Of a stretch of 64,000 bases of DNA, positions 49,675 through 63,740 are shown one piece after another; positions within the stretch are counted from its first letter, which is position 1; each line of letters starts with the position of its first letter. The stretch is from the NCBI GenBank assembly GCA_030248215.1, contig JASANG010000611.1, positions 434,001 through 498,000 of the forward strand, in the 5' to 3' direction. The position numbers and the translations under genes are program-made. The stretch is from Enoplolaimus lenunculus. Taxonomy: Eukaryota. The notes under the pieces are model-generated. The model searched no databases and had not been told where the DNA came from. It saw only the letters and a list, made by a program, of their open reading frames with translations.

Positions 49675-50015
49675 AATGGGGAAATGTAGCTCTATATTCC
49701 CACCGGCCTTGCCGCACTGAAAGTCTTACGATGCAAATGGTTCATTTGAAGCCCACAATGTGTTTTTCAGTCAAATAGGTTAATTTGGGGTGCAGAACTA
49801 ATTTAAATGGTTCATATAAACATGTGAGGCATGCTTGTCCATGTATAAATGCAATAGAATCAATGCACATATGTGTAATAAAATTTTATTTCTTGATGAA
49901 ATCTGGTCATATTTTTTCCCGATTTGGCTACAACAACATTGTGCGCTTGAAATGAATCGTTTGGATCGCAAAATTTTCCACATGGCAAGGCCTGTGGGAT
50001 GATACATCTCCCGTC
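49675..50015. mobile_element. Old foldback/MITE with ~90-bp imperfect inverted arms
   Basis: CCCACCGGCCTTGCC...GGTTCATTTGAAGCCCACAATG on plus versus CCCACAGGCCTTGCC...GATTCATTTCAAGCGCACAATG on minus. Confidence 0.6.
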
Positions 50016-52610
50016 TTTCTAGATCCGACACTGCGTGCAGATAATATCGGGGAGCGCAGCGAACGGGAAACCAAAACGTATCTTTGGAATTGATTGTTTT
50101 AGCTTGGAGTGGGCACGTTTGAAAAAATAGGTGTTAAAACACTATGACTTAGAAACCAGAGCAGTTCTTAGTGTTTTGTCGAATGCCACCTGTCAAAGTT
50201 GAAACGGGCTCGTCACCTTATTTCCGCGTGCCCAGGCTCGGGTTCTGCCTGCTTTAGGGTTGCGCTATGCTTTTGTTGACGCGGAGCGCGATCGGTTACA
50301 CGTGGTGCGCCGTCCGTTACCCATACGGCGGTGTTTGACACCTGTACGGCGCCGTTGCAACCTTAGCTCTGCGAGCCCAATATCCGGCCCGGTTTCAACC
50401 GTGCTTCGTGCCACAGTTCTGTTCCCAGTCCTTATTTATTGGCGCCTGTATAGTGGCAATGGTAAATCGAGGATTTTCCCGTGGGGAAGAATATTTTTGC
50501 GTTAGGGTAGTTTTACAATTTTAAAGCGCGTTTTTGTGATTTTTTTTCTATTTTAAGATTGCCCGATTGCTCCAAAGGCGCAAACTTTTTTTATTTAAAT
50601 TCTTGTTGTCACCCCACATAGTTTCAACGTAACTAAGTTGACTAGAAAACAGTTGAGCCTAAAAGATTAACATAGCAACATTTTCACCAGGGCATAATCG
50701 ATGGGGGGTGTATCCCCTGCCTACCCCGGGTACGCCATTGTGCCAGTATTTATTTTATCTGTCTTATATCGTTTAAATATATATTTTAAATTTTTGTATA
50801 CAGTAACGTCGATGCTATTCACTTTAGTAAGTTATAGTCTGCATTTTACTGCATAGACACGATACACAACGCGGGCCTATGCGTCGCTCTCAATATTGAT
50901 GTATACGAATTCAGACGCGCATATTATATACAACGGCGGATCGGTGGGATATTTAGCTAAATTCGTGGACAAATCTAAAGAAATCACTTTTACAGGTTTT
51001 AGGAATAATTCTTTCTAAATTCTGCTCTACATTTTTAGCTGTTCTCTACGCTCGTTCGCAAAAAAACTTAAAAATGAAGTTGTATCCTTCCGAAATTCAG
51101 TCTTGGCTGTGCTTCGGTTTGTAGACTGTGTTTATTTTGTTTATGTTTGTTGATGTTTGCGTTTTTAGTTTAGTTATTTTCTACGTTTGAAATTGCATTT
51201 TGTTTTGTTTAAATGTGTTTGGCTTTGAGGTACGATAGTAGCAGAACGGTAGCGTTTTAATCCGTAGGATATTGTCAATCGCAGTTTAATCTGACAATTT
51301 TTACAATGTGTTGGTTTGTAGTGCACTCTTTGTTATTGCAGCTGTTGTTCAACCCAGAAGCGCCGTAGGTGCAACTGTGATTTAATTGCATGTATTTTAC
51401 TCGTTCTGTAAACATTTTTCTTGAAAAATCTGCACAACTTCGCGGTACACCTTCAATGCCGCTTAATAATCAATCGCTTTAACATACAGCTGGACGCTTA
51501 TCTTTGTTTCATAAGTTCTGCACACCATAGTCTGGCAGTTCTGGACTTCTATAATCCCTAATGTATCATTAAATCATTGAACCCTGAACTTTAATTATAC
51601 AATGAACTTTACTTGTTTTCTAACTTCAGTTGGGAAGAAAGATCCTTTAGGAAATCGTTTTGGATGCAAACTTTTTTGTGATATTGGCATCCGTTAACCG
51701 TTTTCCTACCATATCGAATATACAGCGAGCAATGGCGGATCCATGGAGGCCATCCATCTGTTGACTTACCACTACAGCGTCAAGAATGGGGTTTTCGAAA
51801 CTGTAGTGTCTGAAGTTTACACGCTTAAAAATTTTCCATGCGGCTCTATTTCAATGTTAACTGCACTAAAAATCAGATCGTTCCGCCGAACCTTAAAGAA
51901 CTTTTATACTTGGTATTGAATTGAGAATAAATGCAAATAGTTTGGCTGGCTTCTAGCTTGCTACTTACGCTTGTGAGGTTTTATTACAACATTAAGTGTA
52001 AGCGAAGCGAGCGAGAATCAAACGCAAATTAGTGCTAAATGAACACGAAATTGTGGTTTTCATCGCTGTTGGAGGGTTTATCCCAAGGTAGTCTCTCCGT
52101 GTATCCGCTAGTGAAAGTGAATCGTTACCACCTTTACTCAAACAAACCAATTCTGTCTTCAAAAACGTTTTTGGTTCACAAAAAAAGTTACATTAGAAAT
52201 TTCAGAAATGCACTTTATTAAAATAGCAGATTAGTTCTTAAACGAAACTTTACCGCAAACTCAAGAGCAAAAGATACCTAAACCAAAGATTTTGTGTTTT
52301 TAAAGTCAAATTTGAAGTTCTGTGTAAACTTTAAGTGTTATTTTACAAAGATTTAGGAACGCCGGCTGGATGGGTATAACTGAAAACATCCGGAAGGTTG
52401 AGGATATTGTTGTAGCTGTGTTTAAGTTTTTTTGTTAAATTTGAATGTTTCAAGCACGGATTAAATTGGAGACACCAGTTTGACCTGAAGAAGTAATCAG
52501 TAGTGTCAAAAATACTGCTTAATGATGCCGCGTTGTCACTTGTTACAAAGTTGCAGTCAAAAATGCCAATAACACACTCCAACACGATATTCCGGCGGCA
52601 CCTATGACTG

Positions 52611-52994
52611 TGTCGTAGCCCAAGTCATTTAGCCCAATTTCGATTTATGCTAGCCCAGGGCGTAATTACGAGTTGGGTTAGCCTACGGCGTAATTCTTTT
52701 TATGCGACAAGTGTATCCCTTGTGATTGGTTACCAGCTTAATGCTATACTCAAATACGATTGGCCGATGCGAATGCTTTTTTCTGATTGGCTAAGTAATC
52801 GCCACCTATAGGCTACATAACAGTTCACATTACTGAGAAAAGCGGAATCAAGCGGGATTACGGCTATCAAGCAACTAATTAGAAAACACACAGATTTATC
52901 TGACATGATTACACCTTGAGCTAGCCCAAGTCATAATTCCGCTTTGGACTCGCTCGATTCGGAATTGGACTTAATTGCGACTAGGGCTACGACA
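52611..52994. mobile_element. MITE with 16-bp TIRs
   Basis: TGTCGTAGCCCAAGTC / GACTAGGGCTACGACA; TSD not resolved. Confidence 0.65.
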
Positions 52995-53324
52995 ACTACA
53001 TTATGTTTTCACAATCGCATCTTAAAAGCTTAAAATGAAAGTAAGAACGCTTTTATAAGTTGTCGTTCCGCCCGCAAACTTGAAAGTTTAGGTTGACAGC
53101 GTTGCTCTGATGAGCAATGTACGTAGCCATAGGTAGAAATCGCAAGGTAGTAAATGTTTGCAGCTCTTATAATTATAACAGCCATGTTTCATTATTAATG
53201 CTAATATCCGTTTCCCAATTATTAGCCATCAGTTTTCAAGCGAACGACAACGTCATAAATTCTAGCCGTACAAACTAAACTTTAAAAACCACATAACTAT
53301 AGAACTCAATGTGTTAATAAGAAA

Positions 53325-53531
53325 GGCCCATGTAAAGATCAGAGGCGGAACGTTTTTCTATGAGAGTAAAACAGTGTACGCTTAAGATTTAGACTAATAT
53401 TTTGCTTGGCTTAGGCTTAGGCTTAGGCTTAGGAATATGCTCATTCTTACGCTTTGGCTTAGGCTTCGGCTTAGGGTGAGACTTAGGAATATGCTTATAA
53501 TACTGTTCCGCCCCTGTTCTTTACAATGGCC
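53325..53531. mobile_element. TTAGGC-carrying MITE, second full-length copy
   Basis: GGCCCATGTAAAGA ... TGTTCTTTACAATGGCC. TSD ATAAGAAA / ATAAAAAA (7/8). Internal (TTAGGC)n. Confidence 0.85.
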
Positions 53532-56500
53532 ATAAAAAAGTTAAAGAATCGCATAGTCAAGCTGTCCTGCTTGGAAACATTTTCCGTCAAACTAAAATAG
53601 AACTCAATGGAGTAGCCTTCGGGGGAGGGAGGGGGTTAGCGGTCAAACCGAACTATTTTATTGTGTCTCGTGAGGATCTTTGTCAATTGATAACATAAGA
53701 ATCCCTTTTTTTCAAAATTTTATAAAAGTCGTAACCTCGTACATATCCAAACTCCTGGCTGCTGCCATGGTAGAACAACTGCATATGCCGATGAAATTTT
53801 TCAAAATTGAAGTTTTATTTTTCAAACACAGATGTCTTTATAAATATATATCGCGTTTTTAAAAAGTAAAATATAATATCAGGGGTTGTTATACTGACAT
53901 GTGTTTAAGTTGACTATTACAAATTACTCAAAATGTTAGTCTTTGACTGTGTCATCTGACATGGTTTTGCACGGTTTTCTTGTAATTTTGTTTTCTTACG
54001 GTCAATTTCGTTGAGCAGTGCTATAAATCGCATAAATTTGGATGGATCACAAAATCTGAACCAATCGTTGCAGGCGTTACAAAGATTTTTTAAAGTGGTG
54101 AGTTATAGGTTTAAGTAAGGCAAACCAGTTTTACTATGGCAGTTATGGTACTATATATACAGATATACACAAAAGTCGATCGAAAGATCCGTTTCCTGTT
54201 CCGACTTATCAGGCACCGCTTCCTGTTTCATGACTATAATCCGGAACCGGTGCTTTTAGTTTGTCCGCTTTATGCTTCGTTCTGAAAAATCGCTACGTTT
54301 CCTGGTACGTCTGTTACCATTTAGAGAGAGGGTGTGGGAAACGATTAGGTTTTTCAGTTTGTATTTGATGTCAATTAAATTTCGTGACGAGAAACTTTAC
54401 CTCAAACAAGTGCCTCCCATCAGCAAAGAGAGCAAGGTGTAACCAGAGATAAAAATACCGGAGCTGAAAGTCATCAAAATTGTCGGAGTCAGAAGTGAAG
54501 CCAAACGGTGTATTTAATAAATAATATTCAATGGAGTTAATCTGAGCAAATATTTATCAAATGTCAAAAAATTTGTTTTTTAATTATTCGGTTACGAACT
54601 GTTATTTATTTTTAACCCACCCTTCGCCACAGTTTGTTACTGATATATCCGGTACTGCAATTATCTGTTGAATTTAATGTTCATTTGTCTTCTACATAAG
54701 CTTGAGCGTTAATGAAATGTTGTACTCAGGAATGCACTTTCACAACTTAAGTATGCTTTAAAGTTGCGAAGTCAAATTTATTTGAGCCTGGAGTTGTTTA
54801 TGCACTACAATTAGGGACAGTTGACATTTACGGACTCTAAGATAGGGCATCTGCTTACTGACTCTTATTAGATATACGGACTCCTATTGATTGTTACTCA
54901 GGTGACCCCTCTCTTATTCAGGTCACAATAGTAACTGCTTCTGTTGCACTAGTTTGTTTGATTAAACCATAAGCACGATATATAAGGTTGAATAAATAAC
55001 GAACGCATTTGATAGTCAAATAATAAACAACAATGTTGCAAACAATTGACAACCCTAAACAAAAGGTTCGTTTGAGTTTCATTAGCACGGTGACAGGTTG
55101 CGAAAGCTTAAGATTAATTTTACTATAGAGTTGGAATTTCAGTTACAGTTATCTTTTTACCAAGGCTGGCATTTGGTATCAAATAATCAGAAATGTTGCT
55201 TTCGCCACCTATTGATATCGCAGAAACTGCACTGCAGTCCATTAATATACTTAGAAGTACGGTAGGCTAGGATTTTAGGTATATCGTGCTCCAAAATATC
55301 CTGTAAATATACTGTGTTGCCGACGGGAACTCATCGTTTATTCGTTTTTGGCAAAGGCCTTGGCATAGGCAAACACAAAAACGAATTGTCTGATACGTAA
55401 TTCAAGAAATAATGTCCGAAATTTATGACAATTTATGTTTTGATGATACTGACTCCAGACATAATGCCTTGAATTAAAGACATATTTTTGAAAATCTTCA
55501 TAAATATGAGTCTGAAAATTTTCAGACTTAAAAGTCTGAAATTTAACACTTTGTTCAATAAACGGTTAAGACAGATATTTATAAAATATCAGACAAATAT
55601 GCTTGAAATATTCGATTCGTCTTTAGTAATTATCTGGACATATTCGTCAAAATTGGGGGCTAAAGCTCAACCAAATTTTCCAAGTTTACAACCTAAAACA
55701 CGTCCAATGCTTAAACTTAGGTTTGGGGAGGCCTGAGCTCAATCCGCTCCTTCACGTAGATTAAAACGAGCCTAAAACCGTTATTACTGTTTAGTGTTTA
55801 TTTTACCCTAGAATGCTGTAGCAGCTGGTTTGAGGTCGGCGTTTTTATTGCCATGACTACCGATGTTTGCTCAGTAATAACCCCGTTTGATTGTTTACCT
55901 ACCCCCCCCAGGGTTGGGCGCCACCTATCAGAGTATTTTTTGTGAATAATTGTAAGCACCCAACGTTACAAATGTTTGGTTTGGTGCCATGAAAATTTTA
56001 TTTGGTTTCTTCTGCACAAATGTTAATTAATGCAAAAGTGTCTACAAACAAGGTTAAGGTTAAGGCAAAACCAAATCTTAAAGTCAGTTCCATTTACAGA
56101 ATCGATCTAAGGTGAAATTGGCACTTAAAAACAAAAAAAAAACCATAAAAAAAAAACTCAGCCGGAACCGGAACAATAACCGAAACTTTTACAAAATTGC
56201 GTTAACGTCCTCTTTACTTATAGCGAAGCCGCAATTATATGAGATAAAAAGACTCTCATCAACGAATTTTATTTAATATCAGGTGAAAGCAGCTGTTTTG
56301 CCGAAAAAAGTTGGAAACCCGGGAAAATTTATTTATCATGAAACCGAAACGTGCTAAACTGGAATCCGCAACTTGAACCGGAACTGAAACATCTTGTCGA
56401 AGCGTGGTAGTTAGTAGAAAATCACCGGACGCCCAATTTGAAAATTTTGTCCCGTTCCTTACATGGTCGGCTTGTTACCGCGGGCCTATCCAGAGAGGGA

Positions 56501-58571
56501 AATCTGCGGAAGCACAGCCCGCAGTACCAAAATTGTACCCCCTTCCATTACAAAACTTTCAACCTCGTTTGTAAGAGACCTGAAATCCCTGTATGTCTCA
56601 CCACCTTTAATAATTTTAGCCCCCTCAGCATGCTGGGCTGGCTACAAGCTTACGTTGAAAATGACGTATCGTGTTCGTAAGCATAAAGCTTCAACATTGT
56701 TGTATCTAAGCGTTGAATATATAGTTATAGTAGACAGCTTCCGCAGCTATAATTATACTGCACATTTCCTAGTTGCCCCGTTGTTACTATAGAACGGTTT
56801 TCACCGTGTGTGTTTGAGAATACTACTACTGCGACTACATGATGGTTGATATACTTTGATGATTCATGACTGGGAGACACTGTTTTGCGCCTTAGATACA
56901 CTTTGTGACTTTTAAAATTTGAATTGAAATTTGAAAACATTTTTAATTTTTAGAGTTTGAATTTAAGATACGTTTGAACGACGAATTACTCTAATTTGGC
57001 AGCGCTTTTTTGAGCTGTTCAACATTTACCTCTATATTTAAGGTTAAGGCTTATGCTTAGACGGAGCGTTGTGTGTAGGCATGCGGAAGCGTTTTCCAAC
57101 GCCTAAATGCGTAAAGCTGGGATGCTGTAAAACAGCTTTCTGTTGTATTTTATAGTATTTCGTAGTTAAATACGTTTGGTAGTTGTGCAGCATTTAAGCA
57201 CAACTCGTGGTCGCGTAAAGAATCCGCATTCATCAGCGTCAGATACCGAGGAAAACGGAAATAAGGTTTCGCAAATAAGATTCGTTTTAGATATAAATCT
57301 AATCTTTTAGGAAATAAATTAACCTATGGCGCGTGGCATCGTATGCCACTGCCACAGCCACTCGTCAAATATCCTAAACTACAGAACTCAAATTGCAGTT
57401 CATTCCAAGCAAGATGCGTGAACTCAGTTTAAGGTCTCTTATCTTACAGGTTTTGCGCTTCGTAGCATTTACCAGCCCGCCAGCCCGACCCATCCCGTAA
57501 GAAATCTTTGGATCCGCCTGTGGATGCCTGGTGTAAAATTTCAAAACACAAAAAAATCCTGGATCCATAGAACTGATGACAAACTCTGCATACGTAGCAT
57601 GGCACGCAAACGTCCACAGATCGCATTTTTCATATTTTACACGAGTAAAATTTTAGTGCAATGAATTGAAAATTTTGTTTGATTTCATTTGCCAAAATTA
57701 TCCGAAAAATAAATATTGTAGTTGTCACAATTGAAATGATTTAAGCTAAAAGATACACGAAGTTTTTAAAAGATCCTTGGCGATGTTTGTTTATAGACAA
57801 TTGTTGAAAATTTTAATTTACGTAGTTTTTCATGCTTGTTGCCTCAGTTTACTCGAACTTGAACCAAATTGGTTAACCCCAATTTTGAGGGAATTATAGA
57901 TTTGTTTGTATATTTCGCCGCCGTTCTAGTAGTAGCTAACACTAGCGGTTGCAGTGTTGCACCTTTTCATCAATATTCTTCAGCGGCCGATGCAGGAATT
58001 TTCCGGTTACAGAATAGTTTTGGGTTTTGAAATGCTACAGTTTTTGATTGCTTATTTTCAATACACTTTTTAATATTTTAAGACGAACAATTTGCGCCAA
58101 TGATGAAAACTTTTGAATGTGTAATTTGTTCCGACCGTGTTATTTTACCTCCTTCCCCGCCTAGTCCACCGCTCATATTTTCAAAATTTCACACGCAGGC
58201 TAAAACCGGATAAAATTTAATTTTAGAATAATTCGACTTTGAATACTATTTTACAGACAAAACTGAGCGGATTAACAAGTATGCATTTATAAATAAAGTC
58301 GTTGGTAGAGACTCGAAAGTAATTATTAATCATATCCTATTTGCGACGGTGTGTAGCCGGAGGGTGGGCTTAGCTCCCCTTCAAAAATTTTGCCTCCGCT
58401 AGAAAATTTTCAACCTTACTTGTGAAGCCTAAGCCTCAGCGTAAGCATAAACTTATAACTAAGTCTTTGCCTAAACCAAAGCTTAACCTAAGCCTAAGCA
58501 AAAAATTAGTGTAAAGCTTAAGGTTACTTTATTAGTCTCACAAACAAAAGATTAGACACTTAAAATAATAT

Positions 58572-58808
58572 GGGCCTAATCATGTATGACGAAAACGAAC
58601 TGTTTGCGGCTGTTTACGTTAGACCCCTTCAAATTCGAAATCCTGGCTAAGGGCCTAATCATGTATGACGAAAACGAACTGTTTGCGGCTGTTTACGTTA
58701 GACCCCTTCAAATTCAAAATCCTGGCTAAGGGCCAAATCATGTATGACGAAAACGAACTGTTTCGGGCTGTTTACGTTAGACCCCTTCAAATTCAAAATC
58801 CTGGCTAA
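58572..58808. repeat. 79-bp tandem triplication
   Basis: GGGCCTAATCATGTATGACGAAAACGAACTG...ATCCTGGCTAA at 58572, 58651 and 58730; near-identical copies. Confidence 0.95.
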
Positions 58809-59674
58809 ATGCTGTGCTTGATGTTTTTACAAAATATTCGCTTCAATTTCAAAGCAAATTTCTTTAAAAATAAATACTGTATTCCATGTTGCCCTTGTTG
58901 CGTTACAACAAACTATTCTTTTATATACAACTAAGCAACAACAACATTAACGTTCGATTGTGCGTTTTCTAAACGTAGACAGACAGGATGGCATGAAGGA
59001 TTTGCGTTTCGACTAATCGCAATGTGTGGGTTACACAGATTTTCACTCTAGTGACGATAATTTGTTAAAATTTATAATTTAAATTATTTTGTTTTCATAA
59101 ATATTTAATATTAACCAATGATGGGTGGCGTCTTATAGACTAACGACATCACATTCAGCAGAGTTAACGTTTAATCTGCAAACAAATTACACCAAGCATT
59201 TCTCAGGTTAGGGCATTATTTGGATGATACATGCTACTATTGATATGAAGCTTAAAAATTAGGTATTCTAGGTCTGAAGCGGAATTTATCGAACAGACCT
59301 GATTTTGCCGATTGGCAGTAGTTCTGGCTTACGTTTTAAAACTTGCAGCCTAATATATACTTCAATTGATTATTTTATTAAGTTGCACGCTCTTACTGTG
59401 GTGTTTAACAAGTTAATTTCGGAACAAAAGCTTTGAGTCTAAAGTATATATTACTAAAATCAAGTCAAAAACATTAAACCATGTGATAGCAGTTTGAAAC
59501 CGTAACGGTTTCAAGAAAAACATATTCCTTTGAATTTTTGTGGGTTACGTATTGTTTACGACGATGATCTGTGTGCCACCACCTGGGTGAAAGAGAGACC
59601 CGTAATTTCTAAGGAAAAATGCTAAAATTTTTGACGGCTTTTGCCACTTGACTTTTTTTGATAAGTATTGCAAG

Positions 59675-59850
59675 CAATGGCGGATCCGTGGGGGGGGGCC
59701 ACCCCGGCCGTGGCCCCTCCAACAGCATCTCGACAAAAATTATATAGCAATTTTATGACAATAATTCGTGGTTTGTGTGCGGATCAAAAGTAAGTTTATT
59801 ACCTGTGAAATTTTGGCCCCCCCCATTTTGACATCCTGGATCCGCTACTG
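59675..59850. mobile_element. 176-bp hAT-like MITE with perfect 8-bp TSD
   Basis: CAATGGCGGATCC ... GGATCCGCTACTG; TSD ATTGCAAG on both sides. Confidence 0.9.
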
Positions 59851-61149
59851 ATTGCAAGAATTTTTCTTTATATGCTTCTTTTCAAAGTTCCAATTGCAGT
59901 TTATTTCCCAACACTGACTGTAAATATCGTGGTGTGCTAAGCATTCTCAGTGAAAGTTGTTTCGAAGTGCTCCTTACGAACGTACACAGCGATCGAAAAA
60001 TTTGTTCAAAGCAGTTGCGGGTTATAAAAGACAATAGTATATTAACAATAAATTCACTGAGCATCTAGAAAATGTGTCTTAAAGTACTGAAATTGTGAAT
60101 GCGGCTAGAAGGTGTCGTTGTATATAGTTTACTGTTTTAGTATATATTTACAATAAGAATATGTCAAGGGCCGAATTCCGAAGCAGGGACAGAGCAGCCA
60201 CCCCCCATACACCCATTTATGGTGGTTCCCACCCCAATGAGGGACCCCCACCGTAACAATTTTTAAACAAATTTTCAAAAATACTTTGATCATCACAAAG
60301 GGCTTCCACCTCGTAATTTTGGGAGGCCCATCCTACCCTGCTCCGGCGCTGCTACGAGGACAAAGTGTGGGGACGCTCCGGTCCCTTTGTAATCGTGTTT
60401 ACTGCTTTTCAAGTCAAGATTTTTTGACAGCATTCAGCGAATTTTATGTTCGCAGAGTTTGCTTCACACCATACAAGTCCTTTTCTTACAGCCTCGGTTA
60501 CAAATTCCTTGTTGCGGGACTGCTTATGTTAACTCCTCGGTTTTGATTTTAAGGATTAACCAACTAAAATCCAGTAGCTAGGATCACCAATTTCTAACAC
60601 TAGGTTTAGCTAAAAAGAGTTTGGTTTAGCCTTAGATTAGTGTTTGAGAATGGCTAAACCTGAAAAGCTTCCTACGCCTAAGCTTAAGCCGTAACCTTAA
60701 ATGTGGGAAAATGTACAAGAGCCTGCGTGCAATGTTATTGGTTGGCTGCAAAATGCACATGTTTTTAAATCGCATAAATTACTTGTAAATGCCATTGTTC
60801 ATAATTGCACAAAATTGCATAGTAGTACTGCATGTTTTCTAGTTGTTGTCGACCGTCAAAATAACCCCGCTCGGCGAAATTCTCATGGGAGGACATGAAC
60901 GAACAAACTCTCTGTATACTCTTGACTGTTGTAAAACTTTGTTTGGTCTTCGTTATGTATACTTCTCGCGAGCGACAGTCTTATCTGCAACTTTAGATAG
61001 AGACTGCAATAGTTTTTAGTTCGGTAGTACACAGTGCCTACACAACTATAACATAATACAGTTATGCATTTCGCGTTGTGTTGTTTTGTTTGGCGAGAAA
61101 TTGCACTTAATTTGCAGATATCACGGCCTGGCGCTGTGCGGGGAAAGAT

Positions 61150-61430
61150 GACTCAGACGTTAGAAAATTGCACGTCCTGTACGTTTTTTGACGCACATTT
61201 TTTGGTTTAATTTTAATTAAATGACAACTTAATTATGGTAAAACACAAGTTTTAGATGTCCTATTTCAAATACTCGATAGTTGATTCGTAATTTCATCAT
61301 GTTACACAATGGTCAAACTTGACTCAGACGCTGCAAAATTAACCTGTTTTTCACGTTTTTTGACGCATTTTTTGTTTAATTTTAATTAAATCATTACTTA
61401 ATTGGTAAAACAAATGCTTTAGATGATCTA
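61150..61430. repeat. ~171-bp imperfect tandem duplication
   Basis: GACTCAGACG...ACGTTTTTTGACGCA...TTTAATTTTAATTAAAT at 61150 and 61321. Confidence 0.75.
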
Positions 61431-61473
61431 ATGCAATGTTTTACATGCTCGATGTTTCGGCAGTATCGACGTA

Positions 61474-61915
61474 CTGTAGTGACCCGAATAAAAGGGCGAC
61501 TGATATTTATTTGGTCTTTTCAGAGGGTACACCCCTGTTATTCGGTTACGGACTGTTGTTTATTTTCAACCCGCCTTCCGCCTCCCTTCCTTACTGAAAC
61601 TTCTCCGGTATTGCAACTATCCGTTGAATTAAACGTTTGTTTGCCTTGTGTCAATAGCTTGAGCGATAATGCAAGCTTATACTTAGCAATTTACTTTCAA
61701 AATTTAAGTATGCTTTAAAGTTTTAAACTCAAATTATTTGGTCCTGGAGTCATTTATGCGCTACAATTTGGGATAATTGACATTTATGGACACTAATTAA
61801 GGTTTTGGAACTCTATCCGCTTACGGACTCTTATTAAGCATACTGACTCCTATTGATTGGGACTCAAAATAGGCACCCCCATATTATTACCCCCCTCTTA
61901 TTCGGGTCACTACAG
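61474..61915. mobile_element. MITE family A, full-length copy
   Basis: TA|CTGTAGTGACCCGAATAA ... TTATTCGGGTCACTACAG (perfect 18-bp TIR). Confidence 0.85.
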
Positions 61916-63740
61916 TTCAAACGTTAAAAAACGAAAACGATACCCTAAAATGTTACTAATATCGAAATGACGAAATATCGGGTTAACAGTTACATCAGTT
62001 CTTGCGGATACTTTAAGATTTTCAAACATTGCTGTGTTATTTGGACTTTTGATTTCCACTGGGAAGAGTTAGGCTCGAGGCGACATCTAAGCCTTGTTAT
62101 ACTTGGAATTTTATTTGGGCCTATTTCTTGGTGTGTGTGTGTGCGCCACTGTAGAAGTATTATCTTGCTGCACCCCTGTGTGCAACCCAGGTGTGATTGT
62201 TTACTAAGCTCATAATGCAAAACGCAAACCCATCAGCCATGACTTCCGGTTCACATGAGAAGTACACTAAATGCCACAAACAGAACAAAATTTCATGTAA
62301 CATTTCATGCTGTATGAACCATTACTATAATGGACACTGGCAAGAACTCCAAGGTATGCAGCTGCACGCTGCGCTCTCTTTAGAGTTTCAAAGCTAATTT
62401 TTTGTTAAAATGTTCCCCCTTAGATTTCAGAAGCTGATTTTTTGTATATCTAAATAAATATATAGAATAAAAAATATTGCCTAATGGCGTCACACTGTCT
62501 GGTTCGTTTTGTTCAAATGCTCCATTTGCACACCCCAACTTCATATTCTAGCGGCGCCTATATTCGCGTGCCTATAATTACTATAGCGACTGTCCAATTA
62601 TGTTTTAGGTCACTTCGACTTATAAGAGTTAAGAAAGTGCAACGTGAACTTAATAGCGTTTGCTTGGTCAAGCAGAATGCTTTCTAAACCAGGGAAGACC
62701 AGTTCAGATAATTCGAGTATTTAGCAACGTCGTAGTCAGGATTTCATTTCGGGATGGTATAATTTTAGAAAAGCACTCTTGCGATTAAATATAGAAAACG
62801 AGAAACAAATGCTGTCCCAACAAGGTAGTCGGCCGTCAACCGTATATCCTATAAAACTGCCTAGTTTGGTGCACCCTTTTGAGTAATTTGAAAGGTTATA
62901 AATCCCATGTATAGTCCCCGTCTACGTGCCTCATGCAAGAGATATCTTATAATGGATCAGGCCAGTCAAAATTAGTAGGAAATTTGCCTTGGACAAACTT
63001 GATAGGATGTGTCATCGGTTAGTGCAAGGTTTATAAGCAAAGCAACAGATTGAAAAGTACAAATGTTGAATTTCCCACAATCAATGCCGAAGTTAGCACC
63101 TCCGTTTTGTCTGCCTTTGACGGGCCTCAGCCCGGGGATTTTAACCAATTGATCCATTGAATATTTATTGGTTATACATATACAGTTGTAAAAATTAAAC
63201 CAAATACTGGTCATTTCGAATCGTTCAGCGGCTTTTTAAAAGCACCGAATCAGCGGCTGAAAGCAGATTTTATTGAATAAATTGTGCGTTAAATATTGTT
63301 TATCGTGAGGAGGCGTTTGGTGGACGGCACGGGACCTCGGTGACTCATAACTGGCCTGGCCTTATCACGTTGGTTTCTTCACCTGATTGTAACAAGGCTC
63401 TCAAACCATTTATTCGGGGCCTCGGAGTTTCGATCTTACGTTGCAAATGTCTGTAAAAAATATAAAAATTAGCGTAAGATTAGCTTCTGTTTCATTAATT
63501 AGAAAATTATTCAAAACTCAGCATCCTGGTTGGTTGTGTTTTAATTTTAGGTTAAACTAAAAGTTAATCCACAAAATTACATATTTAATAATGTAACAAA
63601 CCATAATTCCAGCACCAATTTACGCCTGCCCAGCTATTATGCCTAATGCACTGGACCTAATTTGACCCTGCCATATGTAGCCTCGGACAATTTTTATACC
63701 CATCTTTTGTTTAACAACATCCACTGCCAAGAGTTTCCGT

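Noticed and set aside
52343..52610. Minus-strand HRCRRNIVLECVIGIF, resembling a Harbinger transposase H..R..+E..+G motif
   Set aside because: A single short motif with no supporting collinear blocks.
61967..63430. Possible LINE/SINE remnants (e.g. WEELGSRRHLSL)
   Set aside because: Similarity too weak to support; no tail, TSD or second copy seen.
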